A stretch of 64,000 nucleotides of DNA from Minisyncoccota bacterium (GTDB lineage: Bacteria > Patescibacteriota > Minisyncoccia > Phycocordibacterales > SBAW01): contig DASZRD010000007.1 of NCBI GenBank assembly GCA_035549255.1, positions 65,104-129,103 of the forward strand. Reading direction: 5' to 3'. This document shows, in pieces, positions 20,018 through 27,565 of the stretch. Position 1 is the first letter of the stretch; each line of letters starts with the position of its first letter. The notes under the pieces are model-generated. The model was not told the DNA's origin, did no database searches, and saw only the letters and a program-made list of their open reading frames with translations. The position numbers and the translations under genes are program-made.

Positions 20018-20422
20018 TCACTTTCCCCGTTCGCGTTCATCTTCCCGATGGCGCACCTCCGCTTCATCCATGCCGAAGTGATGCGCGACCTCGTGCCAGA
20101 TCGTTTCGCGGATTACCTTGCGTACATTGGCTTCCCCGCCGCCAAATTCCATCGCCTCGTCCTCGATTGGCCATTGATAGAGCGTGATCGTGTCGGGCAA
20201 GACGTTGCCGACGCCGTAATAATCGCCGCGCGCGGTATGCGGAATGCCGCGATAGAGCCCGAGCAGGGTCTCGTTGTCTGCCAGCCCTTCTTCTCTCCGC
20301 ACTTCTTCCGACGGCTCGTCTTCCACAAGAAAAGCAACGTTCTCTACCTTGGAGCGGAATTTTTCCGGAATAGCGTCAGGAAATTCCTCCGCAACCAGCT
20401 TCTCAAACTCCTCGCGAGTCAT
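20018..20422 (-). CDS. metallopeptidase family protein (zincin-like, HExxH)
   Basis: 134 aa with a WHEVAHHFG motif, like the small bacterial 'metallopeptidase family' proteins. Confidence 0.7.
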   Translation of the reverse strand: MTREEFEKLVAEEFPDAIPEKFRSKVENVAFLVEDEPSEEVRREEGLADNETLLGLYRGIPHTARGDYYGVGNVLPDTITLYQWPIEDEAMEFGGGEANVRKVIRETIWHEVAHHFGMDEAEVRHREDERERGK

Positions 20423-20946
20423 TTGAGCAAATCCTTGAACTTCTCCTGTACCTTCTCTACCTTGGGAGCGATGATGACTTGGCAGTAGCCCGCGTCTTTG
20501 TGATTTTCGTAATACTTCTGGTGATAGTCTTCCGCTTTGTAGAAGTTCTTGAGCGGCGCGACGGTCGTGACGATCGGCTTCGTATATTTCTTCGCGATCA
20601 GTTTGATATAGTGCTCGGCCTTCTCCTTTTGTCGTTCGGTCGTATAAAAAATCGCCGAGTGGTACTGCGGGCCGACATCATTGCCCTGCCGGTTAGGCGT
20701 CGTCGGGTCATGCGTCTCGAAGAATACTTGCAGGATTTCCTCAAACGCCAAAAGGTCCGGATGGTACACGATGCGAATGACTTCGATATGCCCCGTGTCG
20801 CCGCCGCAGACTTGCTCATAGGTCGGGTTCGCTACGTGCCCGCCACTGTAGCCTGGCTCGACTGATACGATCCCCTTGAGCATGGTGAAGACCGCCTCCG
20901 TGCACCAGAAGCACCCTCCGCCCAAGACAATCTCCTCAGTATCCAT
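20419..20946 (-). CDS. msrA: peptide-methionine (S)-S-oxide reductase
   Basis: Contains the GGCFWC active site. The start was set at MDTEEIV because the upstream extension overlaps a terminator hairpin. Confidence 0.9.
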   Translation of the reverse strand: MDTEEIVLGGGCFWCTEAVFTMLKGIVSVEPGYSGGHVANPTYEQVCGGDTGHIEVIRIVYHPDLLAFEEILQVFFETHDPTTPNRQGNDVGPQYHSAIFYTTERQKEKAEHYIKLIAKKYTKPIVTTVAPLKNFYKAEDYHQKYYENHKDAGYCQVIIAPKVEKVQEKFKDLLK

Positions 20947-20956
20947 GAGGCAAGTA

Positions 20957-20985
20957 TAGCAAACCCCCGCCTTGGCGGGGGTTTG
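20957..20985 (-). terminator. terminator of the Ig-like protein gene
   Basis: Minus-strand GCAAACCCCCGCC-AAGG-CGGGGGTTTGC followed by TATACTT. Confidence 0.45.
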
Positions 20986-21017
20986 CACTCGCTCAAGAAC
21001 TCACCAATCGCGGATGA

Positions 21018-22247
21018 TTATCTATTGTTCTTATTGCCGAAGTTGAACCAGCTGCCGACGTTGCCGCCCCAGTGGAACCAGCCCCAATGATTGCCGTTAT
21101 TCCCGTTATTGCCAGAACCGTTGTCACCGCCGTGGCCATTGCCGCCTTGAGGCGTAGTGGTGGCCTTCTGCATATTGGCGAAGTTGACGACAGCTGACGT
21201 GTCGGAGGTGCTCAATACAACCTTGGTGTCAGAGCTGGTCTGATTCCAGCCTGTGGGCTCCTGCTCCTCGACGAAATAGGTCCCCGCTGCGAGGTTGCTG
21301 AAGGCATAATGGCCGTTGGCGTCGGTCGTCGCCGTCGCAGTTATGGGCGCGTTGTAACCCTTGCCGCTGTGGAGCCATACCGTCCAACCCGCGAGGCCCG
21401 GCTCGCTAGCGTCCTGCTTGTCGTTGCCGTTCTGGTCGTTATAGAACGTGCCGCTGATCGAGTAGGTACCCGGCGTCGTAGTCGGCGTTGAAGAGGTTGC
21501 TACCACCGTCAGTACGCTGCCTGAAGCGTTGCACGAGCTGGTCGCCGCAGCGTTATTGGCATCGCCCGAGTAGACAGCCTGCCAATAATACGTTCCTGGT
21601 GTGTTGAACTGGTACGATGCCGAGCTCGGGATCGAGCCGTTCATTACCGTCTGGGAGCCGGCATTGAGGTACGGCGCGGTGCACGCCGTATTGGAGTAGA
21701 CGTTGTACTGCACGCTGCCGCCCGCGGTCGTCGACGCGCCCAAGAAGGACGGCATCGCGTAGACGTAGCTGCCCGCCTGCACGCTGCTGTTAGAAAGCGA
21801 GAGCGAAAGCGTCGGCGCATACTGGGTCGCCTGCACAGCGACGCATGCGCCATTCGTCGTGCCGAAGTTCGTATCGCCGCTATAATGCACGAGATACGAA
21901 AGGCCGCCCGCCGGGAGTGTCGTCGTCGCCGACTGCGCCATGCCGCCCGCGAGCGCCACGCCCGTCTGCGTCAGCGGCGAGCCGGCGCAGCTCGTGCCGT
22001 TGTAGAGGCTGAAGTCGACCGTGCCGGTCGGCACCGTCGTCGTGGAGGAGGAGGCGATCGCGACGCTTGCCTGGAGCGGCGTGCCGACCATCGCCGACGT
22101 GATCGAGGCGTTGCTGCCGTTGACCACGGTCGTGGTCACGGTAGGCGCCGTGTCGGCCCTCGCCAGCGCGCTGATGCCAAGCAGCGCGGCAAGTGCGGCC
22201 GCCATGCCCGCAAGCGCGAACGGGAGCTTAGTTCGCATAGTACTCAT
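21018..22247 (-). CDS. secreted cell-surface protein with Ig-like domains and a C-terminal SdrD B-like/Cna-B-type domain
   Basis: Signal peptide, Thr/Ser-rich repeats, a ...TFYNDQNGNDKQDASEPGLAGWTVWL...GTYFVEEQEPTGW motif and a Gly/Asn-rich tail. Confidence 0.6.
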   Translation of the reverse strand: MSTMRTKLPFALAGMAAALAALLGISALARADTAPTVTTTVVNGSNASITSAMVGTPLQASVAIASSSTTTVPTGTVDFSLYNGTSCAGSPLTQTGVALAGGMAQSATTTLPAGGLSYLVHYSGDTNFGTTNGACVAVQATQYAPTLSLSLSNSSVQAGSYVYAMPSFLGASTTAGGSVQYNVYSNTACTAPYLNAGSQTVMNGSIPSSASYQFNTPGTYYWQAVYSGDANNAAATSSCNASGSVLTVVATSSTPTTTPGTYSISGTFYNDQNGNDKQDASEPGLAGWTVWLHSGKGYNAPITATATTDANGHYAFSNLAAGTYFVEEQEPTGWNQTSSDTKVVLSTSDTSAVVNFANMQKATTTPQGGNGHGGDNGSGNNGNNGNHWGWFHWGGNVGSWFNFGNKNNR

Positions 22248-22319
22248 GATAATGATTCCTATTTATGACTAATGCCCTTTCGCGCAGGGAGCGCACGGAC
22301 CGGTTGTCAATTGCGTACG

Positions 22320-22472
22320 TTACGCGATCGGGTTCTCACCTCTGATAAGACGGATGAGTACCGCTATTATGGCAATGACGAGTAAAATGTGGATGAAGCC
22401 GCCGAGCGTGTAGGAAGTAACGACGCCGAGCAGCCATAGAATCACGAGCAATACTGCGATAGTGACTAACAT
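22320..22472 (-). CDS. lmo0937-family small membrane protein (50 aa); not in the ORF track
   Basis: Translation MLVTIAVLLVILWLLGVVTSYTLGGFIHILLVIAIIAVLIRLIRGENPIA matches the conserved lmo0937 small-protein family. Confidence 0.6.
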   Translation of the reverse strand: MLVTIAVLLVILWLLGVVTSYTLGGFIHILLVIAIIAVLIRLIRGENPIA

Positions 22473-22548
22473 ACATCAAAAAGTTATCGGATAATCGCGC
22501 ACATCTCAGCATCGCGCGATGTGCATGATGAAATTATGAAGCGTTTAG

Positions 22549-23123
22549 CTAGTGCGCCCCCTTCTGCAGAGAAAACGTGAAGGCGTAGTGGTCAGGCGCG
22601 ATAGCCGTGCCCGCTGTTTTGCTTGGAGCAACTGCCGTGAGCGTGATAACTTCCCCGTACGCGACCGTGGCCGCTTTGCCGAGCGTGAATGTATCTTCGA
22701 TCGTGTTGACGCCGTCGGCGACGCGGGCGCGGACTTCTACCGTCCCGGCCCAGACGCACTGTACTCCGCTCGCGCAGCGGCTGTCCTGCACGACTTCAAG
22801 CGGCGTTACAGTCACGCCAAGCGCGGATGCCGGCTGGTTGATAGCCGCTGAAATCGTCGCGGTACCGGATACGGGCGTTGAGGATGATTCTCCCGGACAG
22901 GCGGCAAAGTGGCAGTCCGGCCCGGTGCGGCCGACATAGGTAACGCCGTCGGGGCAGAGCTTCGCTTCCATCGTGCAGGCGACCTGGGCGTCTCCTCCCG
23001 ATGGAAATCGCGGGATGCCGAGGAAGCTCCCGAACGGGTGGGTGGCAAACGCAAAGACGCCCGCGAGCGCGACGATACCGAGCACCAGCGCTGCAAGAGC
23101 ATAATGGCCGGCCGTGGTCATAT
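22549..23123 (-). CDS. hypothetical membrane-anchored Cys-containing protein
   Basis: The start was set at MTTAGHYALAALVLGIVALAG, a TM anchor. Four Cys residues fall in ...CTMEAKLCPDG...CHFAACPGE. The longer track ORF has an implausible N-terminus. Confidence 0.45.
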
Positions 23124-23159
23124 CACTGTATGACGCTAGTATAGCTCTTTTTATTACGA

Positions 23160-23369
23160 CTATTTGGAGTGGCTGCGCGAACGAGACGATGGGCGACGCG
23201 CCGGCACCTTGCCGCCTGCCTTCCTGGCCTCTGAGAGCCCGATCGCGACTGCCTGCTTGCGGCTCGTGACCTTTTTGCCGCTCCGGCCCGATGTGAGGCC
23301 GCCGTGCTTCCACTCATGCATGACCTTGCTCATCTTGCGCTGCGTCTTCTTGCCGTACTTTGTTGCCAT
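23160..23369 (-). CDS. small basic conserved hypothetical protein
   Basis: MATKYGKKTQRKMSKVMHEWKHGGLTSGRSGKKVTSRKQAVAIGLSEARKAGG... resembles a widespread small basic protein family. The start was set at MATKY. Confidence 0.5.
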   Translation of the reverse strand: MATKYGKKTQRKMSKVMHEWKHGGLTSGRSGKKVTSRKQAVAIGLSEARKAGGKVPARRPSSRSRSHSK

Positions 23370-23443
23370 AGAAATAACAATAGCGTTACACAATAAATAA
23401 TAGCGTAACGCTACGGCACCTCGGATGGAGAATCGATTAAGAA

Positions 23444-23641
23444 TTACTTCTTCTTGCGCGCGCCTCCGGAAAGGCCGCTATACACGCAGCGCAGGCAGGT
23501 CGTCTGCCCCGGGCGGGTCTTGATATAGCGGCCGCTGCACGACGGACAGACAAGCGTCGTCGTGCGGCGCTTGCGCTCGGTCCAATGGCCCCAGGTATTG
23601 GGCTTCTCGATATGCTCGCTGTCCTGCTTTTTGCCTTTCAT
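23444..23641 (-). CDS. hypothetical zinc-ribbon small protein
   Basis: 65 aa with CPSC...CLRC spacing. Confidence 0.4.
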   Translation of the reverse strand: MKGKKQDSEHIEKPNTWGHWTERKRRTTTLVCPSCSGRYIKTRPGQTTCLRCVYSGLSGGARKKK

Positions 23642-23678
23642 AATAAGCCGAAAACGGACTTACTATATAAGCTCTTTT

Positions 23679-23712
23679 CATATTTGTCAACAACCAACCC
23701 GTCTGCTATTCT
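23679..23712 (+). promoter_or_regulatory. sigma70-like promoter upstream of the tRNA-Gln fragment and GIY-YIG gene
   Basis: TTGTCA, 17 nt, TATTCT, ending about 8 nt before the tRNA 5' end. Confidence 0.4.
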
Positions 23713-23720
23713 CAACGTAT

Positions 23721-23782
23721 TGCCCGATCGCCCGTCTCGACTCGGCGTCGAGCCGAGGCGGATCTAATGGTAGGACAGCGGC
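23721..23782 (+). pseudogene. truncated 5' copy of tRNA-Gln (acceptor and D arm) interrupted by a 32-nt hairpin insert
   Basis: TGCCCGATCG[CCCGTCTCGACTCGGCGTCGAGCCGAGGCGGA]TCTAATGGTAGGACAGCGGC is the same as nt 1-30 of the intact tRNA-Gln downstream, except for the bracketed insert. Confidence 0.6.
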
Positions 23783-23785
23783 TAT

Positions 23786-24028
23786 ATGTTTTGGATCTAC
23801 GTTCTAAAATCCGAAAAATTCGATATCTCTTACGTGGGGTCCGCTGAAAATATAGAGCGTCGTCTTATCCAGCATAATAATGGAGTATCGAAGTTCACAA
23901 AGAAATATAGACCGTGGAAAGTAATCTATTCTGAGTCTTATACTACTCGTTCTGATGCTCTACAAAGAGAAAAATTCCTCAAATCAAAGAGTGGCAGAAA
24001 ATTTCTTAAAAGTGTAGTCTTTAAGTGA
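23786..24028 (+). CDS. GIY-YIG nuclease family protein (UPF0213 / YhbQ-YazA-like, COG2827)
   Basis: 80 aa (MFWIYVLKSEKFDISYVGSAENIERRLIQHNNG...KYRPWKVIY...REKFLKS). GC is about 35% against roughly 60% around it. Confidence 0.8.
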   Translation: MFWIYVLKSEKFDISYVGSAENIERRLIQHNNGVSKFTKKYRPWKVIYSESYTTRSDALQREKFLKSKSGRKFLKSVVFK

Positions 24029-24029
24029 T

Positions 24030-24104
24030 TGCCCGATCGTCTAATGGTAGGACAGCGGCCTTTGAAGCCGTTAATTGGGGTTCGAATCCCTGTCGGGCAG
24101 CCAG
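24030..24104 (+). tRNA. tRNA-Gln (anticodon TTG), CCA encoded
   Basis: U1:A72, anticodon loop CTTTGAA, T arm TGGGG-TTCGAAT-CCCTG, discriminator G and a terminal CCA. Confidence 0.85.
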
Positions 24105-24124
24105 TTTGAGATAGGCTCTCGCGC

Positions 24125-26500
24125 TTGAGTCGGGTTCATAACCGACCTGAAATATTTCTGCCGCGGGTGTATGGTCAGAGTATGGAGTTCCCGGGCCTTA
24201 CGACCGCCGCTGCAGAAGCGTACCAGCGCGAGCACGGCTATAACGAAATAGTAGAAAAGCAGGAGTCGCTGGCGCATAAGATCATGCGCCGGAGCGTCTC
24301 TCCTGTCTCCGCGATGCTGCTCTTTGCCGCAGCCCTATCATTTATAAGCGGAAAAATCTTCGACGGGTGCTTCATTCTTTTCCTCCTTGCACTCAACGTA
24401 GGTGTTACGGTTTGGCAGGAGCATAAGGCGGATACGGCGATCGAGAAGCTCAACGAACACCTCGCGACCGCTGTGCGTGTGCTGCGCGACGGGGCATTGC
24501 AGACGCTCTCTGCCCGGCTCCTCGTTCCGGGAGACGTGGTCGAACTGCGCGCGGGCGATATCGTGCCCGCTGATGCCCGTGCAGAATCGGTGAACGGCGC
24601 GAGCGCGAACGAAGCCGCTCTTACCGGCGAATCCCTTCCGAAAGAAAAGAATGCCGGCGATACGCTTTATTCGGGGTCCTTTCTCGCAGCGGGGCTTGCC
24701 ACGGTCCGCATCACGAAGACAGGAAGCACGACGTATTTCGGCAGGACGATCGCCGCCGTGGATACGACTCCGCGCAAGAGTGCGCTCGAGAAGGACATCC
24801 TGCGCATCTCGAAATTCCTGTCGCTGCTCGCCGTAGGCGCAGTGTTGCTCCTCACTGCCGTATCCCTTTACCACCGCGTCGCCTGGACGGATATGCTGCG
24901 GCTCGATCTTTCATTGGCTATCGCAGGTGTGCCTATCAGTCTTCCCGCTGTGATGACACTCATCATCGCGCTCGGTGTAGTGGGGCTCTCGAAGAAAGGC
25001 GCGGTCGTCCGGCGGCTCTCCGCGCTCGAGGAGCTCGCCAATGCGGACCTCCTCCTCACGGACAAAACGGGGACGCTCACCAAGAACCATATCAAGGTGA
25101 ACGAGGTGCGGACATACGGGTCCTGGGATGAGGCAGGCGCACGGCGCATGGCCGCGCTTGTGGCCGCCGCCGATCCCTCGAATGCGATAAACCGGGCGCT
25201 CGCAGGCGCGGGGGCGCAGCCAGAAATCGTGCGCTATGTGCCCGCAGATTCGGAACGCAAGCGCAGCACGCTCGCATATCGGGAAAACGGCCGCGTGCAG
25301 ACGGTTTCTCTCGGCGCTCCTCAGGCGATTATGGCACTGTGCCGCATGCCAGACGACGCACAGAGGCGGTTCTATGACGACGTGGACGCGCTCGCGAAGG
25401 GCGGCTACCGCGCACTTGCGCTCGCCGTCGCGGACGGGGAACAAGAAAGGGATATGGATCTCGCGGGGCTCTTTGCCCTCTCTGACGAGCTGCGCGAGGA
25501 CGCGAGCGACGTCGTGCGTTTCCTCGATGAAAACGGCATCGAAGTGGTGATGGTCACGGGGGACAATCGCGCAATTGCACGGGAGATTGCCGGCAAGCTC
25601 GGCGTTACGGGCGGCGCCATCGTGGCCCGCGATGCGCTTCTTGCCCGTGGCGTAGATTCGCTCACTGCCGCGTCCTTCCGCGATACGCGCGCGTTCGCCG
25701 AAATACTTCCTGAAGACAAATACGCGCTCGTCGCGCAAGCGAAGCGATTCTTCACGGTAGCGACGAACGGAGACGGGGTGAATGATCTGCCGGCGCTGAA
25801 GGCCGCGAACGTGAGCTTTGCGGTGAAGGATGCGGTGGATGCTCTCAAGGGCGCGGCGGATATCGTGCTTGTCTCGAGTGGCATTGCCGTTATGAAGGAT
25901 GCATTCATCGAGGGGCGCCGCATCTTCGCGCGCCTCTACACGTATTCCTTATACCGAATTTCGGAGAGCTTTCGTCTCATCGTCACTATCATCGTGCTCG
26001 GGGTGGCGACGGGCACCTACCCCCTTTCCCCGCTTCAGCTCATTCTTATCGCGCTTTTGAACGATATACCTATCATCTCGCTTGCTACCGACCGCGTGAA
26101 GGCGGCGCATCGCCCGTCAAAGATAGATGTGAGAAAACAGTTCTCGCAGAGCTTGCGGTACGGCGCGATCGGCGTTCTCAACAGCTTGATCTTGTTCTTC
26201 TTTGCAACCGGCTATCTGCACCTCCCGCTTCCCGTTGTCGAGACTCTTTTCTTCCTGAAGCTCACCATCTCCGGCCATCTGCTCATCTATGTCGCACATA
26301 CCAAGGAGCGTTGGTGGCGATACCTGCCGAGCCGAGCAGTTATCGTCGCCACGAGCCTTACCCAGGCCGCAGCGACCGGGCTCGCCATTACGGGCTTTCT
26401 TATGCCGGCCGCCATATCATGGAAGCTCGCTCTTTTCGCATGGATATGGTCGTTCTTCTTCATGCAGATCGGAGAAGCGGTAAAGGCGCGTTCGTCATGA
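24125..26500 (+). CDS. P-type ATPase, plasma-membrane H+/Mg2+-type (P3-like)
   Basis: Contains DKTGTLT, TGDN and GDGVNDLPALKAANV motifs. The true start is probably the internal MEFPG near 24183, because the track start is a TTG that abuts tRNA-Gln. Confidence 0.9.
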   Translation: MSRVHNRPEIFLPRVYGQSMEFPGLTTAAAEAYQREHGYNEIVEKQESLAHKIMRRSVSPVSAMLLFAAALSFISGKIFDGCFILFLLALNVGVTVWQEHKADTAIEKLNEHLATAVRVLRDGALQTLSARLLVPGDVVELRAGDIVPADARAESVNGASANEAALTGESLPKEKNAGDTLYSGSFLAAGLATVRITKTGSTTYFGRTIAAVDTTPRKSALEKDILRISKFLSLLAVGAVLLLTAVSLYHRVAWTDMLRLDLSLAIAGVPISLPAVMTLIIALGVVGLSKKGAVVRRLSALEELANADLLLTDKTGTLTKNHIKVNEVRTYGSWDEAGARRMAALVAAADPSNAINRALAGAGAQPEIVRYVPADSERKRSTLAYRENGRVQTVSLGAPQAIMALCRMPDDAQRRFYDDVDALAKGGYRALALAVADGEQERDMDLAGLFALSDELREDASDVVRFLDENGIEVVMVTGDNRAIAREIAGKLGVTGGAIVARDALLARGVDSLTAASFRDTRAFAEILPEDKYALVAQAKRFFTVATNGDGVNDLPALKAANVSFAVKDAVDALKGAADIVLVSSGIAVMKDAFIEGRRIFARLYTYSLYRISESFRLIVTIIVLGVATGTYPLSPLQLILIALLNDIPIISLATDRVKAAHRPSKIDVRKQFSQSLRYGAIGVLNSLILFFFATGYLHLPLPVVETLFFLKLTISGHLLIYVAHTKERWWRYLPSRAVIVATSLTQAAATGLAITGFLMPAAISWKLALFAWIWSFFFMQIGEAVKARSS

Positions 26501-26559
26501 TAAGTCGGTGCTTACATGACCCTATATAATAATTGAAAGAGTCGAGGTTGGTTCTACGC

Positions 26560-26592
26560 AACAGCCCCCACCAGGCGGGGGCTGTTGCTCGA
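26560..26592. terminator. GC-rich hairpin downstream of the ATPase gene (no clear U-tract)
   Basis: CAACAGCCCCC-ACCAGGC-GGGGGCTGTTG. Confidence 0.35.
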
Positions 26593-26780
26593 TACACCAT
26601 GAGCGCCAACCTAGCGATCATCATCGCTGCGGAAGGTGCCATCGCTGTTGCGGTCGGGCGTATTGCCCTGGTTACCTGACGAGCGATTGGTGTTATTGGA
26701 AGAGCGGCTAGATGATGCGCCCGAACGATTGTCGTGATCATTGTTGTGTGCCATACGTTTATACGTTAGCTTTTTTAATG

Positions 26781-26815
26781 CCTCCGCCCCGACAAGCGGC
26801 TGCCCAAAAGTATAC
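26781..26815 (+). promoter_or_regulatory. promoter-like motif shared with the tRNA-Tyr upstream region
   Basis: CCGACAAGCGGCTGCCCAAAAGTATACGG here, against CTGACAAGAGGCTGCAAAACGTGTAGAGTATGG at 46990. Confidence 0.35.
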
Positions 26816-26956
26816 GGAGCGGAGCGGGAAAATTGGATGAACTCCCGTCCTTGACTGACGATCGGCTCCGCAGCGATAATAATTAAGGCTTCACGAACGC
26901 TTCAGACAAGAAGCGGTATGAAGTAGGAGTGTTCGATTAACGGTTAATTTTAGTAT

Positions 26957-27520
26957 ATGACACAGAGAAATATCGTCATAACAGTCATTGTGATCATCAT
27001 CGTGGTGCTTGGCGGATGGTGGCTCATTTCAAGCCAGGGCGCAGGGGGCACCGGCACGACCGCCAGCAGCACGGCGATGGGCGGCGAGGCCTCGAGCACG
27101 ACTACGGGCGGGACCGCCGGCAGCACGACCGCGGGCAGCTCGGAGAGCCTTAAAACTGTCACGGCGCAGGGCGGCAATTATACGTGTTCGCTCTACACCA
27201 TGACTGACGCGGGAGTGACGCGCGGCACGATCTACGGCTCGGGCGGCAAGACGCGCCTCGACCTTACCTTCCAGGCGACCAACGGCACGAGTGTCATCAC
27301 GCACATCATCCGCAGCAACGGCACGTCGTACACGTGGGTAGACGGGAATCAGGCGGGCTTCAAGTCGTCGATTACGTCTTCGAGCCCGATCATCAGCCAG
27401 CCGCAGGGCGGCGTCATCTCTGACGACAGCAGCGTCGCCTCCGACTGCCATCCGTGGGTGCCGGATACGACCGAGTTCGTCCCTCCGACGCAGATCAACT
27501 TCGTATCCCAGAATTCCTAG
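26957..27520 (+). CDS. hypothetical N-terminally anchored Ser/Thr/Gly-rich secreted protein
   Basis: 187 aa. An Ile/Val TM helix (IVITVIVIIIVVLGGWWLI) is followed by a low-complexity linker. Confidence 0.45.
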   Translation: MTQRNIVITVIVIIIVVLGGWWLISSQGAGGTGTTASSTAMGGEASSTTTGGTAGSTTAGSSESLKTVTAQGGNYTCSLYTMTDAGVTRGTIYGSGGKTRLDLTFQATNGTSVITHIIRSNGTSYTWVDGNQAGFKSSITSSSPIISQPQGGVISDDSSVASDCHPWVPDTTEFVPPTQINFVSQNS

Positions 27521-27535
27521 CGCATACGGGATAAA

Positions 27536-27565
27536 ACGCCGGCCTTACGAGGCCGGCGTTTTCGT
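27536..27565. terminator. bidirectional intrinsic terminator
   Basis: AAAACGCCGGCC-TTACG-AGGCCGGCGTTTT: a perfect stem flanked on both sides by A- and T-runs. Confidence 0.55.

Larger units (their letters stand above)
23721..24104 (+). mobile_element. putative horizontally acquired GIY-YIG cassette bounded by direct repeats of the tRNA-Gln 5' half
   Basis: Direct repeat of about 30 nt (the tRNA 5' part), a low-GC ORF and an intact tRNA at the 3' side. Confidence 0.35.

Noticed and set aside
23990-24030. Possible frameshift at the 3' end of the GIY-YIG gene (a run of A's)
   Set aside because: My hand count of an A-run near 24000 disagreed by one nt with the supplied ORF translation. I trust the computed track (80 aa, ending ...SVVFK), so I treat this as my counting error, not a pseudogene.
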